NCBI RefSeq assembly: GCF_046119375.1
Contig: NW_027366852.1
Location: 1 to 64,000 of the forward strand
Direction of reading: 5' to 3'
DNA length: 64,000 nt
Source of the DNA: Phyllobates terribilis
Taxonomy: Eukaryota
This document shows, piece after piece, positions 1 to 11,772 of this stretch (positions are counted from its first letter, which is position 1; the number at the start of each line of letters is the position of its first letter). The notes beneath the pieces were generated by a model. That model was not told where the DNA came from. It saw nothing but the letters and a program-made list of their open reading frames with translations, and did not search any database. A program made the translations under genes and the position numbers.

Positions 1-1025
1 TTCCCTCCTTCAATTCATATTCAATTGACTTGTTTGATGCGTGTTTTTTGTTTGCGGGTGAAGAGGAATCTGGCTGGAACTCTCTGTACGAGCGGCTGAA
101 GAAGACCACAATGAGGTATAATTTCTGTTTTTTTGCCTCATTATGGGCGATCCTTAAGTAATTATATAGTTTCTGATTTTTCTGTTGACATAGGATGCTA
201 TCATATCACATCTCTTGCAAGTGGAGAAGTTGATGCCATTGCAACACAGTGTAGCAATGTCAGCACAGAAAATACAACACTGCAATTTAGACCAAAAACG
301 CTGAGTCACTATCCTATTAGTGTGCCAACAGCAGTGCAATCAAGATCCAAGAAGAATACCATGAAGAAGTAGCCTTTGTCTAGTTTATTGATGCAAACAT
401 TAGGTATCATTTTGTGGCTTTGTATGTTGTCTTTGTTGCAACTTAAAGGTTGTCTTTGTGCAACCATTTTGAGAAATGCTGCAAACATTAGCAATGTGTA
501 ATGTTCTAGGTTGCAGGATCTATGTTGTGTTTGTGAAATGTTGCAGTGTGTAATGTTGGTGTAATGTTAGCATTGTGTAATGTTGCAATGTGTAATATAA
601 GATGTGTGTTTCTGGTATTCAAATCTTGTGTTTGTGAAAGTATTTTGTCTATGTTGCATTTTTGCTGAACATTTGTGCATTTCCCCAAAGCTTCAAAGAT
701 GCTCTTTTTAGTCAAAAAGTGACCCACTTTCTACAAGCCCCTTCAATCACTTATGCATTCACCTACCGCATTGTGGACCATACATACACATGCATTTTTC
801 ACGGTTTTACTGCACAATTTCTCCACATACATGCACCATACATGCACAAATGATTTTTTCCAAGTACTTTTACTCCCATATATGCATTGCTCAACGACAC
901 ATCTTCCTCCTCTTTTACAAATATATTTACTCCCTAACTCCATCATTAAAAGGACACATCTTCCTCCTCTTTTCCATCCATTTCACTCATTCATTTTTCT
1001 CCCTTTTTACCAACCCTCTCCCAAA

Positions 1026-1602
1026 ATGCAGTCTGGTCAAAAGACAAGCCTTGTTTACCTGATTTCCAGCTCCTCGTCTTCATCCTCATCATCACTGCCA
1101 AACGAGGAGTACACCACAGATGATGAAAGCCCCACCACACAAGCTCCTAATATCAACATCATTGAGCTTGACAAACAACCAAATCCTAAGCGAGCTCTAC
1201 AAAGAGCTGAAAACTGCATCACAATGCCAGAAATCAGCTTTGTTACATCCATGAAGAGAAGTTTTGTCCTCGATGACTGTCGCTTGGTATTGTCTTGTTA
1301 TTTCACATGTTATTTCATTCTACATGTTTGTCTACTAACTTGTGTCTCCCATGCAGCCTCTTCCACTTGAACATTGTGAGCAGTTTCTCCACAACTTCAA
1401 GAATCAAACGGTTATGCTCTTGTGTGGCAATCAACAATGGGCTTGTCTTCTCAAATTCAGCAACAACCAGTACAGGTTGGGAAGTGGTTGGAGAGATTTT
1501 GTTAAAGACACATGATTGGTCAAGCATGATGCAGTGATGTTTCAAAGAGACGATGGACATGGTGGAGGTTCCTCATACAAAGTTCGCATCTTCAAAGCTT
1601 GA
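1026..1602 (+). pseudogene. B3 DNA-binding domain (REM-like) gene, 2 coding exons (1026-1286, 1357-1602), one premature stop
   Basis: A GT-AG intron at 1287-1356 with a CTAAC branch point joins FVTSMKRSFVLDDCRL to PLPLEHCEQFL...WACLLKFSNNQYRLGSGWRDFVKDT*LVKHDAVMF...YKVRIFK, matching the B3 consensus (GW..FV...L..GD...F). TGA at 1513-1515. Confidence 0.8.
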
Positions 1603-1963
1603 TGGACGGAAGAAGTACCAATCTGTTGCTTTTTATGTGTGTTTTTAGGAGTGGGCTTTTTTTGTGTTTTTATGATTGTTGAATCAACATGTTTGAACTC
1701 TTTTGGTTGTGTTATGAATCAACATGTTTTAATTACGGAAACCTTATTTTATTGCTTGTATGAATTAATTAAAGCACATACTAATTTGCTGAGAAAATAT
1801 TTTATTAGACCACATACTAATCACCAACAAAGTAACACAAATCGATGGAAAATTTGCTGAGAAATACTAATTTATTAGACCACACAAATTCCATTACAAT
1901 AGGTCGTCATTACAAAAGCATAAACCTGAAAATCAGAGAACTAAAGCATGATCAATATAACAC

Positions 1964-2347
1964 CTAAGCCAACAGAATCTTCACCGCCACAATAACAAAA
2001 ACAAAACCAACAACAATAACTATGTCTATCCGATGCCCACTGGATTTTCTTGCAAGCTCCAACTCCTTAGCACTCAAAGATTCTTCAAGTTTGATCACAA
2101 TCTCCTCCAACTCCTTCTTCTACTTCACCAATTTGTATATGACATTAGCTGGTTGTGGCTCAAACGGATCATCAACCCAAGCAAAAAAATTGCATCCTTT
2201 GTTTGACCTGAAGTTAGCACATCCAAAGAATCTCCTTCCATAGTTTGGAGTAGTGTGTGCAATACTCATTTTTGCCTTAACTTTACAAAAACACATAATT
2301 GCCACATTACTGTTATATGAATTAGAGGATCCTGATCTAGACGACAT
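1964..2347 (-). pseudogene. GRF-type zinc-finger protein with coiled coil and C-terminal hydrophobic anchor, one premature stop
   Basis: CFC...AHTTPNYGRRFFGCANFRSNKGCNFFAWVD is the zf-GRF motif. Reading through TAG 2120-2122 gives KKELEEIVIKLEESL...IDIVIVVGFVFVIVAVKILLA and a stop at 1964-1966. Confidence 0.85.
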
Positions 2348-3565
2348 CACCTTCTTCAATCAATTTGTCCATAAATCATTGATTCAGAGCATAACTAAAA
2401 AGCACATACTGAATTACATGAATAAACTGAAAGCACATATTGAATTACATGTCCATAAATCTGTCCATAAATCATTGATCTTATTCCATAGGCAGAAATT
2501 ACATGAACAAACTGAAAAGCACATAGTGAATTCCAAAAATTCATCAAAAATTCACAACAATCTCATTTAAACACCACATCCCGCAAACTGTTAATCCCTC
2601 AAGCACATCCACATAAACCACAAAATAAAGCTTCATCATACCAAAATTATACTAACCAAGCAAAAACCTGGGAGAAAACTACCTCAAACCCCCACATATA
2701 CCTCTTGTTCCAGCCGCTCTTACCGAGAGTTCCAGCCAGATTCCTCTTCACCTGCAAACAAAAAACACGCATCAAACAAGTCAGTTGAAGATGGATTGAG
2801 GGAGGGAAATTGATCGAAGGAGAAGATTAAAGAAAACCCCTAAAAAATGCTTACCAATTGACGCTGAATTGGAGCTGAATCGAAGGAATTTGTTGAAGAG
2901 CCCTAAAAATCGAAATCGAAATGGAAAACTATTGGAGCTGGGGGTGTTTTTAACGGGTTGCATGAAATTACAACCTGATAAGAAATATAATAACAAAAAA
3001 ATATATAAGAGGTGGTTTAAAATAATTGATAATATACATGGTAGTTTTTTTTTAAAAAGTCATTATAATGTTAAAACTATTAACACACATGTGCATTCTG
3101 CTATTTGTTTTGGCTTGGCCGGGAACGGCAACTCCCAATTGTCATCCGTGTCCCCGCGAGTTTCTCTTGGCCGAAGAAACAATGGCGGGGTTTCTATCAT
3201 CTCATGGATTTTCTCTTTTCTGCCATCATTTCTCAACACACCCTCTCTGCAGACGAAGCGAAGGAGAGGGAGAAACAGAAAGAAGACATACGTTTTCTTT
3301 CTTTTCTTTCCTTCCTTCCTTCTCGTCATATTCTTCTGGGTTCAACTACAACGCCCGCCCTGCTGTGCTCATCCCCTGCATCACCCTTCCGGATTATGAC
3401 CCTCCAGTCCTGGTGAGCATGATCCATCTAAAATCGTCTTTTTTCTGTTACAATTTATGAAATCACTGTGCTAATCCTGAAATTTCACTATTACAGAAAG
3501 CAAAATCATTTTTGTTTTTTTTTTGTGTGTTTTGCAGATGATTAATTTGTGAAGGTTTGTTGCTA

Positions 3566-3663
3566 GAGGGTGATTTTACGGTCACTATTCATTGTAGGGT
3601 CATTTTGGACTTTGAGTTGTAGGTACACTTGTAAAGATAGGAGGTCATTCAATTGTAAAGTTT
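3566..3663. mobile_element. Possible DNA-transposon terminus (MULE-like TIR end) just upstream of the kinesin start
   Basis: Composition resembles MULE termini by eye (reverse strand AAACTTTACAATTGAATGACCTCC...CAAAATGACCCTAC). No partner arm in the window. Confidence 0.3.
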
Positions 3664-3691
3664 GATGAGGTGCGGTTCCGTGGAGGAATCC

Positions 3692-6600
3692 ATGGAAGCG
3701 GCAGCGAAAATTTTCGTTTCAGTTAGAATTCGGCCTTTAAATGAAAAGGAGACTGCAAGGAATGAGGAAGTTGAATGGGAATGCAGTAATGACAAAAACA
3801 TCATGCACAAGAACAATGCATTTAGTCCTGATAGATCAATGTATCCTTCTTCCTACTCATTTGGTAAGAAATCATCATTTGCCATGATTGAACTGAAAAT
3901 GTTGAGTTGAGGTCTTTTTGACAATTTGACTGCAACTTGAACTGGATTTGGTATCAGATAAGGTCTTTGGGCCTAATTGCTCAACCAGGCAGGTTTATCA
4001 GGAAGGAGCTAAAGAAATTGCCCTTTCAGTTGTTGGTGGTGTTAACTGTAAGTGTGTATATCATCACTGCTACAGATATCATATTCCGGTTAATACCAAG
4101 TATAGAAAATCACTATGAAATTAAAATGAGTGAAGAGCAGTTTATTCTTTTTGAACCATTTATGAAGGATTTTGGAGTTTTATTCCTGATCATGTTCTTG
4201 ACAGCAAGTGTTTTTGCATATGGACAAACAAGTAGTGGAAAGACATACACCATGACAGGAATCATGGAGTATGCAATGGCTGATATTTTTGACCATGTAC
4301 ATAAGGTAAAGACTGCAGAGGCTGTTCTTCGTATCTTCCTTCACTAAAATGGCTGGAATATAGTGGGTTTGCTGAATTTTACTGTACAAAGATTTATGCA
4401 TTCCTTGCAGCATACTGAAAGAGAGTTTGTTATGAGGTTTTCTGCTATGGAGATCTATAATGAATCGGTGAGAGATCTACTTTCTGTGGATGCCACTCCT
4501 CTGAGGCTTCTTGATGATCCTGAGGTAATGTCTTAATTTCGTAATCAACAACAATCTTAAGGTTTTTGTTTACCCTGATATTAATGTTTGCCTTTTCGGT
4601 TTAATTTTCAGAGGGGAACGGTTGTTGATAAACTCACGGAAGAGGTTGTAAAGGACTGGAATCATCTAGCTAAGCTTCTTTCTGTATGTAAAGGTAAGAA
4701 CTTTATTGTGATCAGATGAGACGCAAGCTTGCGTAACTTTTTTGAAGTAAGTTCGAATAAATTTTCCAGCCCAACGGCAGATTGCGGAGACATTACAGAA
4801 TGAATCTAGCTCCAGATCTCATCAAATTATAAAACTAGTAAGACTTTTCCTTACCAAAGTACTCAGTATTCTACTCTCTGAAGCAATAATTTTAGAGATA
4901 TTCAAGAATCTAGGCCTTTTTAACAAATCCATAGTAAGAGGAAGTTTCTGCTGAAATTAGACCTTAAAATGCGAAAACTTCGCAGCCGAACCTTGCTATC
5001 CAAATCATGAACAATGAGTATTGAATTGTGAACCTAGAGTATGAATTTGTGAACCTAGTACAAAGACAAAGTGATGCATTGGATATTTTGTAAATAACTC
5101 AAAATTTCCTTTCCCTTTTTTTAGTAGGTTCACAAATTTATAGTCTATATTCATGATTTGATACGCTATGTTCATTATTTGAATAGCGAGGTTCGGGTGT
5201 AATTTTTTTCGCATTTTAACCTAATTCTCCATGGTAACACTAATAAAGGCAATAAAAAAGGTACATATCTTCTTGTCTGATGATTTGAATCTGCTCTTAG
5301 ACAGTTGAAAGCCATGCACGTGAGGTATCTGGCAAGGATAGATTGAATGCCCTTTTTGCCTCTGTGGTAAGAATCTTATTAATATGAAACAACCTGGATG
5401 GTACACTATACAAATTTTAATATTCAGACCCTTTCGGCTGTAGAATTTCATTGATCTTGGAGGAAGTGAGCGTGCGTCACACGGCTGCAGCTTGAAGGAA
5501 GCTTTGCATATTAACCACAGCCTAATAACCTTCGAAGCCGTTATTTATAAGCTAAGGTGTTAAATACTTTTATTTTGCTTGTGTTGAAGTATATCCTATT
5601 CGTGCGAATTCATCGATTACAATGCATAAATTATTTGCTCTGCATGATCTTGTTTATCTTTGTGCAGCAAACGAAGAAATGAGGTTATTCCGTACAGAGA
5701 ATCTAAGCTTACACGCATACTGCAACCTTTTTTAGGCAGCAACAGTAGAACAGCAATCATTTGCACCATAATCCCTGCACGAAGCTATACCGAGCAGTCA
5801 AGAAACACCCTACTTTTTGCTACGTCTGCTAAACAAGTCAAAACTAGTGCAAAAATTAATGTCCAGCTCCCTGAGAAAGCATCAGCAAAACTTGAAAATG
5901 AGCTTACAAATGCAGAATCTGCTCTCAGGACTGATTCTGTTACCCCTGAGAAAGAGAAAGAGCTTCTGATACACAAGGTACGTACATATCAGAACGAGAG
6001 GAGTTTATTGAAATACCGTGCATTTAGGAAGAGAGAATTTGTAATTGCATTATAAAGATAATTTAACATTATTTTGAAAAAATATAAAACTCGACTTTGG
6101 AATTTCTGTATAAAAAGCCTACCTAAGAGCATCCACAATGGTGATCTTCTGAAGATCTTAACATATAAAATAAAAGGAGAAGTGTTTTTTTGTAGAAAAA
6201 ATCAGATAAGAATTTATCTTTATTTCATTTAGTCTAGTAAAAAGAATAGAAAAAGTTTTTAAGAAAATCTAGGTTGTTAGAACAATTCTTAATTTCTTAT
6301 GGTATGTGGAAGAAAGAAAAAACAATAAAAATAGTACAAGAATTTAAGAGAGAAGATCAGCATTGTGGATGCTCTAACAATGTCTGTGAGAAACGGGACT
6401 TAATTTAAATATCATGCATAAAGCCAAACATGCTATTTTATGTAACTAACTTATAGATCAAACAGACCCTCAGTTGTTTCAAAATGGATAATAAGTATAC
6501 TTATTTATCCGATTTCTCGTTCTTTTAATGCTGTAGTTAGAGAGACAAATTATGGAACTCACGTTACAGCGAGATCTCGCCCTTTCACGTATTAAAGATG

Positions 6601-8518
6601 GGCAAATGGAGGCAGAGGGGGAAAAATCGTCAGTCCAAGTAATCAACAGATGACCGTTATAATCCTTTTTCCATCACATTTTTTTTTTTATGTAATTTGT
6701 ATTGATGTATATCAACAGGAACCTGGAAATCTTCCTTACCCTAAATTGCTTGTCAGACGACAATCATGGGCAAGTAGTCAAACTAATTCACAGGGGTCTC
6801 CTGCTGCAAAACTTCATTCTGTTAGTTCTGATCCTGCTCCACTAAGAACAACATCTCATTGCTGTTGCTGTGGCGAAAACTCCGCATCCTCTGACTTTGA
6901 GTTCTCATATGATGAGTCACCGCGTTTATTCATCCGAAGCCTTGTGGATCAAGAAAACGAAGAATTCGGTATTGAAGAAAATAGGCCATTAAAGGCTGCT
7001 GATGAAAACTCTGGTAAGAGTATGATAAAGGAAGCCACTGAAGTTCCATCCACAAAGGAAAATGCTGTCATTTTGGTGTGTATTTTTGGGCATTCAATCT
7101 ATGTATGATGAGTAGAGCAGCTGCTCAAGGAATCTGTTTTTTATTTTGACAGTACAAGAACTCAATGAAGAAAATGAAGCATTTTGGGGTGCAGTATGAT
7201 TTGATTGGCCAACAACGGCCATCAGATTTCGATAGGCTTCGGAGGGACGTTATCAGCCTTTGGGACTCTTGTAATGTTTCATTGCTGTACAGAACTTCGT
7301 TCTTCCTGCTGTTTGCTGGAGACGCGGAAGACGCCATCTACATGGAGGTGGAACGTCGAAGACTGTCGTTTGTGAAGGACGCTTTTGCTTGGGGTAAGGA
7401 GACTGTCTTGGATGGCCAGATCATCTCCCCCAGTTTGAGGTACAGTCTGTGTTATTCAGTTGATTAATTAGATAAGATTAAGATCATGATGGTGTGAAAA
7501 GCGAATAGACTTTGACTCTGAACCTTACTATATTATATGTGAACCTGGACTACTTTGTGCACGTAGAGTTATCATTACCGTGAAAACCGTTGCACCATTG
7601 CAATATACCTCATGTAGCAGTTTAGTTTTACGAATTAGTACTCTATGTTTGCATATAAAATAGTAAAGTTCACACTTATTGTAAGGTATACTTTTACTAG
7701 AAACTTCCTCTAGGACTATGATCGGGTAAAAATATATCTAAGATCGGGTAAAAATATATCTTGTGAACAGGCCTTAACTGTGAATATTACTGTTGTATTA
7801 GGTCTGAAAACCATTACAATATACGTAATGCAGCAGTTTAGGTCACAAATTGGTATTATACATTCGCATATAAAATAGTAAATTTCACACACTTGAAGTT
7901 TGTTTATATTTCATATTGTAAAGTAAGTTTTTACTGGAAACTTCCTCTAGGATATCTTACGGTATGAAATGCCACTTTAACTGCGAACATTACTATGAAC
8001 ATAGACTGATCACTGCAGGTGTAAACCGCTGCATTAGGTCTAAAAGTAGTTGCAATATACCTAATGCATCTGTTTAGGGTCACAAAATTAGTATATGTTC
8101 GCATACAAAATAATAAGTTGACACTTAATAAAATTTGCTCATATTTCGTACCATAAGGTATATTTTTACCGGAAACTCTGGGTGGGTGTACAGCAATAAA
8201 CATATGCAGCAGGAGAGGCAGATGCTGAGCAAGCTGATGAAGAGCAGGATCTCGAAAGACGAAAGGGAGATTCTGTACATAAAATGGGGAATCGATCTGG
8301 ACTCGAAGAAGAGAAGATCGCAGCTGATAGGCCACGTTTGGACGAAGCCTAAAGACATGGATCACGTTCAGGAGAGCGCGGCGGTTGTCTCTATGCTGAT
8401 CAGATTCGATAAAAGCCGAGTTCGGAAGGAGATGTTCGGGATCAACCTCATGCCCGCCCTTAAGGGGATCGCCTCCCACGACTGGTTGCACACCGCCTCC
8501 GTTCGTTTCTCACCCTAA
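3692..8518 (+). CDS. Kinesin-7 (NACK/CENP-E-like) motor protein, 13 exons, 728 aa
   Basis: Exons 3692-3863, 3958-4047, 4205-4305, 4411-4524, 4612-4693, 4770-4837, 5301-5366, 5444-5556, 5668-5977, 6537-6638, 6719-7075, 7153-7439, 8194-8518, all GT-AG, total 2187 nt in one open frame. Motifs: VSVRIRPL, P-loop [13 protein letters not shown], switch [30 protein letters not shown], and the C-terminal NACK-type domain ([19 protein letters not shown]...[11 protein letters not shown]). An in-frame upstream ATG lies at 3665. The exon 11 end is the least certain junction. Confidence 0.92.
4955..5228. mobile_element. Fold-back MITE with long TIRs (MULE-type) in kinesin intron 6
   Basis: TTAAAATGCGAAAA...CCGAACCTTGCTATCCAAATCATGAACA...TGTGAACCTA mirrors TAGGTTCACA...TGTTCATTATTTGAATAGCGAGGTTCGG...TTTTCGCATTTTAA. 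Arms are about 100 bp. TSD not resolved; ends approximate. Confidence 0.75.
6127..6374. mobile_element. Tourist-like (PIF/Harbinger) MITE in kinesin intron 9
   Basis: TIRs GAGCATCCACAATGGTGATCTTCT and AGAAGATCAGCATTGTGGATGCTC, flanked by a TAA TSD (6124-6126, 6375-6377). Confidence 0.92.
7560..8180 (+). repeat. Three degenerate tandem units of about 220-240 bp in kinesin intron 12
   Basis: Anchor CAATATAC at 7601, 7817 and 8053; anchor GAAACT near 7701, 7938 and 8172. Also a 20-bp direct duplication GATCGGGTAAAAATATATCT at about 7719-7760. Confidence 0.75.
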
Positions 8519-9725
8519 CTCAGTAAGGCTTCTGGGGGATTATAGGGGTTTTGGTAGTATTGCTATTAGGAAGCTCACTCATTGCTAAGTTCATTTTATT
8601 AACTTTCTTGAAAGCTTATACTCCCTCTTATCTTTTACTAAGAAAGTGTTATTACTTAAGCTTATCATTCTTCTTTCTTGAATGAGGAAGAAGAATGCTA
8701 TATTTTGTTGATTTACTAGAGACTTTGAATACTAACATGGAAAGATGAGAGCTTGAAAAAGAGAAAAATCCGAAAGTCATGTAGATTGGCTTTTGAAACG
8801 CTCTCTTATGTTCAAAAGTCTTCCTCCTCCGCGTGACTCTTCTTCCTGTTTGTGGGAGGGGCGTTTGCTCCTCCCCGCCGTCGTTTCCATGAACCTCCCC
8901 CCAGATCTTGAGAAAATCAAAGTCCTAGAAACCTATAATCCCCCTAATTGCCTTAATTAGAACCTTTTAGCCCCTAATTTTCCCTCCCCCTTTCCATAAT
9001 CCTAGACATGCAAAACCCTAGATCCGCTTTGGTTCCATCAATGACATCCACTGGGGTTCCTCCAAGGTGGACTCCTTAGATCGGTGTTGGAAGCTTTGCT
9101 GGCGTGGCAAGTGGCCTTTGGTGCTTTCCCGTCGATTGATCTTCCTTCGTCCCGCTCCTCTCCAGGTCAGTTTTCGTAATCCGATGACTCGTACTCGATT
9201 ATTATCTCTGTTGAGTTGTAAGCCTAGGGTTCGGTCTCGATTTATGGGTGGAAACCCAGATTTTTGCTCATGGAACCTATTAGCCCTGGTTTCTGGGTTT
9301 TCCCCTCTTAATCTGAATCATCGAGCCACCCTAATCTTGCCTTCTGTTTTATTCGGCGATAGCCAAATGTTCTCCGGCGAAAGCCAAATGACTCCACCAA
9401 CTCAAAGTAACACATTAACTAATCTCAATTTCTTCTTTAATCTCTATGATAACTCAGCATTTAATTTCAAGCTTAATAAATTTAATCATTACCTTCTTAA
9501 ATGGGATTGTATTTCCGTTAGCTATTGGCTTTGCAGAATATCATATCATGACTTGCCTAAGACCTTTCATGTGATCATACCCAGTAAGATTTCCCAGTTT
9601 AACATTCTAAAACACATAAACAAACATATAAAAACTATCAACATTCTCTACATAATAGTAAGGACGAGTTTTTGTTACAAAATAAACACTACAAATAATT
9701 CAAAAATATATTCTCAAAATTCCTA

Positions 9726-9983
9726 CTCCCTCCGTCCCCTTTTAAAGATCTCATGTAAAAACACAACACTATTCATAGTTTATGGTTCTCATCCCGATTA
9801 CTCTCAATGTATAAGAAATAACGTAGTCATATGTGGTATAGTTTTATTCGTCTCAATAAGCATTTTAATAATATTAAAATCTTATAATTTTTGGAGTTGT
9901 ATTATTAGAGATATTAACGATAAAAACACGTCTCGGCGAGTGTATCGGGTTGAAATGAGACCTTTATTTAGGGACAGAGGGAG
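9726..9983. mobile_element. Stowaway (Tc1/mariner) MITE
   Basis: CTCCCTCCGTCCC...GGGACAGAGGGAG with a TA TSD on both sides. Confidence 0.93.
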
Positions 9984-10495
9984 TATAAGCTAAACTCTCA
10001 AGATTTGAATCACACTAAATTCTCTAAGTTTCCCTCTACTAGCTTAGCCCTCTTGATCTCTATATATAGAACCCCTCTAAGATCATCTAGTTCACTCATT
10101 CATCCCATCAAACACATTCCACTTCCACTGCAAACCACCCATTCTGGCAACTTCCAAGCACAAGTTTCCCTCATGCCTGAACTCATCTATGCAGAAGCGG
10201 TCATGAATTTCAATCTACGAACCACCCTCGCTCCACCCTACAATTGACCCCATGAATCTAGCTGAACCCACTGAACCACTTCCCAACATTATCTCCTCCT
10301 CTGATGAACCACTTCCCCAAATTCCTCCCATCTTCAACACCACCTAACTGAGCAGGACCTTGAACTTTTCTCGTCTGAAGATCCTTCCTTTCCCACATAG
10401 TTGTCATCGCAACTAGCCCTAGTAACCGATCAAATGGTTCCCATCCCCAATCATCCGTACCACAACCCTTATGAACTCCCAGAAGTCAAGAAAAG

Positions 10496-11772
10496 ATGAA
10501 TCACTTGCAGCAATTATTGCTCCTCACTCGAATGGTGGACTCTGAACCCTCAATTTTTGCTGCTACAACCATTACGAAGCTCAAAGACACTTGGAAAGGC
10601 ATCAAAGGAGACGTGAAGGTGGACGAGCTTGGGAACAATTGGCTGCTCTTCTCTTTTGCAAACAAAGAAGCCCGCGATTTTGTGTGGGAGAACCGCCCTT
10701 ATCACGTGCAAAGTAAGCTTATGCTCGTCATCCCCTACTCTCATGACTTTCATCCTATTTCTTCCCACATAACGGTTGTACACATATGGGTTCGTCTCCT
10801 TCTCCTTCCCTTTGAACTCCAGAATGACAAGGCTCTAGAGCTCATATTAAATGGTAATAAGGCTGGTTCTTTCATCAGAAATGAAGAAAGCTACAACATA
10901 AAAAACAAAAGAAAATTTGTGAGATTATGTGCTAATATGTACATATTGTAGGTATCAAAGGTCAACTTCTCAACTTCAAAATGTGGTATGAGGGCTATTT
11001 CCCGGGTTGTGGTTGTTGTGGGAAGGTGGATCACCTTTTCGATGTCTGTTTTCTCAACAACCTGCCGGCGATCATCCACGCCTTCAAACCTCATGAAACT
11101 GAAGAACAGGCTGAATAAAGTAAGAAAACTGTCGATTTCTTCATTGGCCCATTATTACAAAGACTTTGCCCTAATATGCAAGTTCAGCACAGGCCCAAAG
11201 GCCCAAACTTCATAACCAAAAATGCGTCATCCTTTAGCCCAAAAACTGAAGCTTCATCCCTTGATCCCTCTGAAGTGGCTCGGTCTAAATCTAAGGGGAA
11301 ATCTATCCTTGTGGTTGATCCTGCTCCTGTCACAACAGCCCAAGTCCCACAACCCACTAACCATATAACCTACCAGCTCTCTACCTATCCAATGCAGAAC
11401 TACGACCCTGCTTTGTTCGGGCGTCAGTAGTTTACACATGTACCCCAAGTCCCAGTAATGATGAACCCGCTCTTCCGCCCTCAGAACATGCATTTCCCTG
11501 TGTCGCAGTCTCGCCCGGGGGTTCGTTTTCAGCATCAACCGTTCTATTACCACCCGCAGTTTCATATGGCTCCTCCGGTCTCTCCGGTGGCTCAACTGGT
11601 GGCATTGGGGCAGCCATCCGAACCGGCTGGTTCACCCAAAATCTCTGACAATTCAAACAATTCCATTGTGCAGAAAATTCATAACATTAATATTGCGGAT
11701 AAAGAGAAACCATCCAGATCCGAGGGCGATTCGAAGAGAAAGGATTTCGACGATGACGCCACCACCCAGTAA
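10496..11772 (+). pseudogene. LINE ORF1 (DUF4283-type RRM region plus CCHC zinc knuckle), fragmented
   Basis: KLKDTWKGIKGDVKVDELGNNWLLFSF...RPYHV...HIWVRL, then YEGYFPGCGCCGKVDHLFDVC at about 10990-11050, then a Pro/Gln-rich tail. Confidence 0.82.

Larger units (their letters stand above)
1..2808. mobile_element. Non-autonomous MULE/Mutator-like element with long terminal inverted repeats; left end lies outside the window, right end probably beyond 2808
   Basis: 1-98 (TTCCCTCC...GAGCGGCTG) is the near-perfect reverse complement of 2711-2808. Two convergent genes lie between the arms. No transposase is visible and the TSD cannot be checked, so the superfamily call is inferred. Confidence 0.7.

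Noticed and set aside
753-1370. 205-aa ORF as a stand-alone gene
   Set aside because: Only 1026-1286 belongs to the B3 gene model. The rest is low-complexity leader or intron sequence and intron read-through.
2869-3460. Overlapping 88-176 aa ORFs upstream of the kinesin
   Set aside because: No motifs, simple-sequence composition, several mutually overlapping frames.
7014-7018. Stronger-looking GTAAG donor in kinesin exon 11
   Set aside because: Splicing it to the 7153 acceptor shifts the frame and hits a stop before the conserved C-terminal domain. The donor at 7076 keeps the frame.
8820-9420. GC-richer segment as a separate gene or antisense LINE ORF1
   Set aside because: No frame gave a recognisable motif by eye. 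Left unassigned, probably TE-derived.
9067-9993. 308-aa ORF on the plus strand
   Set aside because: It runs through AT-rich DNA and an entire Stowaway MITE, starts at GTG and has no recognisable domain. Most likely a chance open frame.
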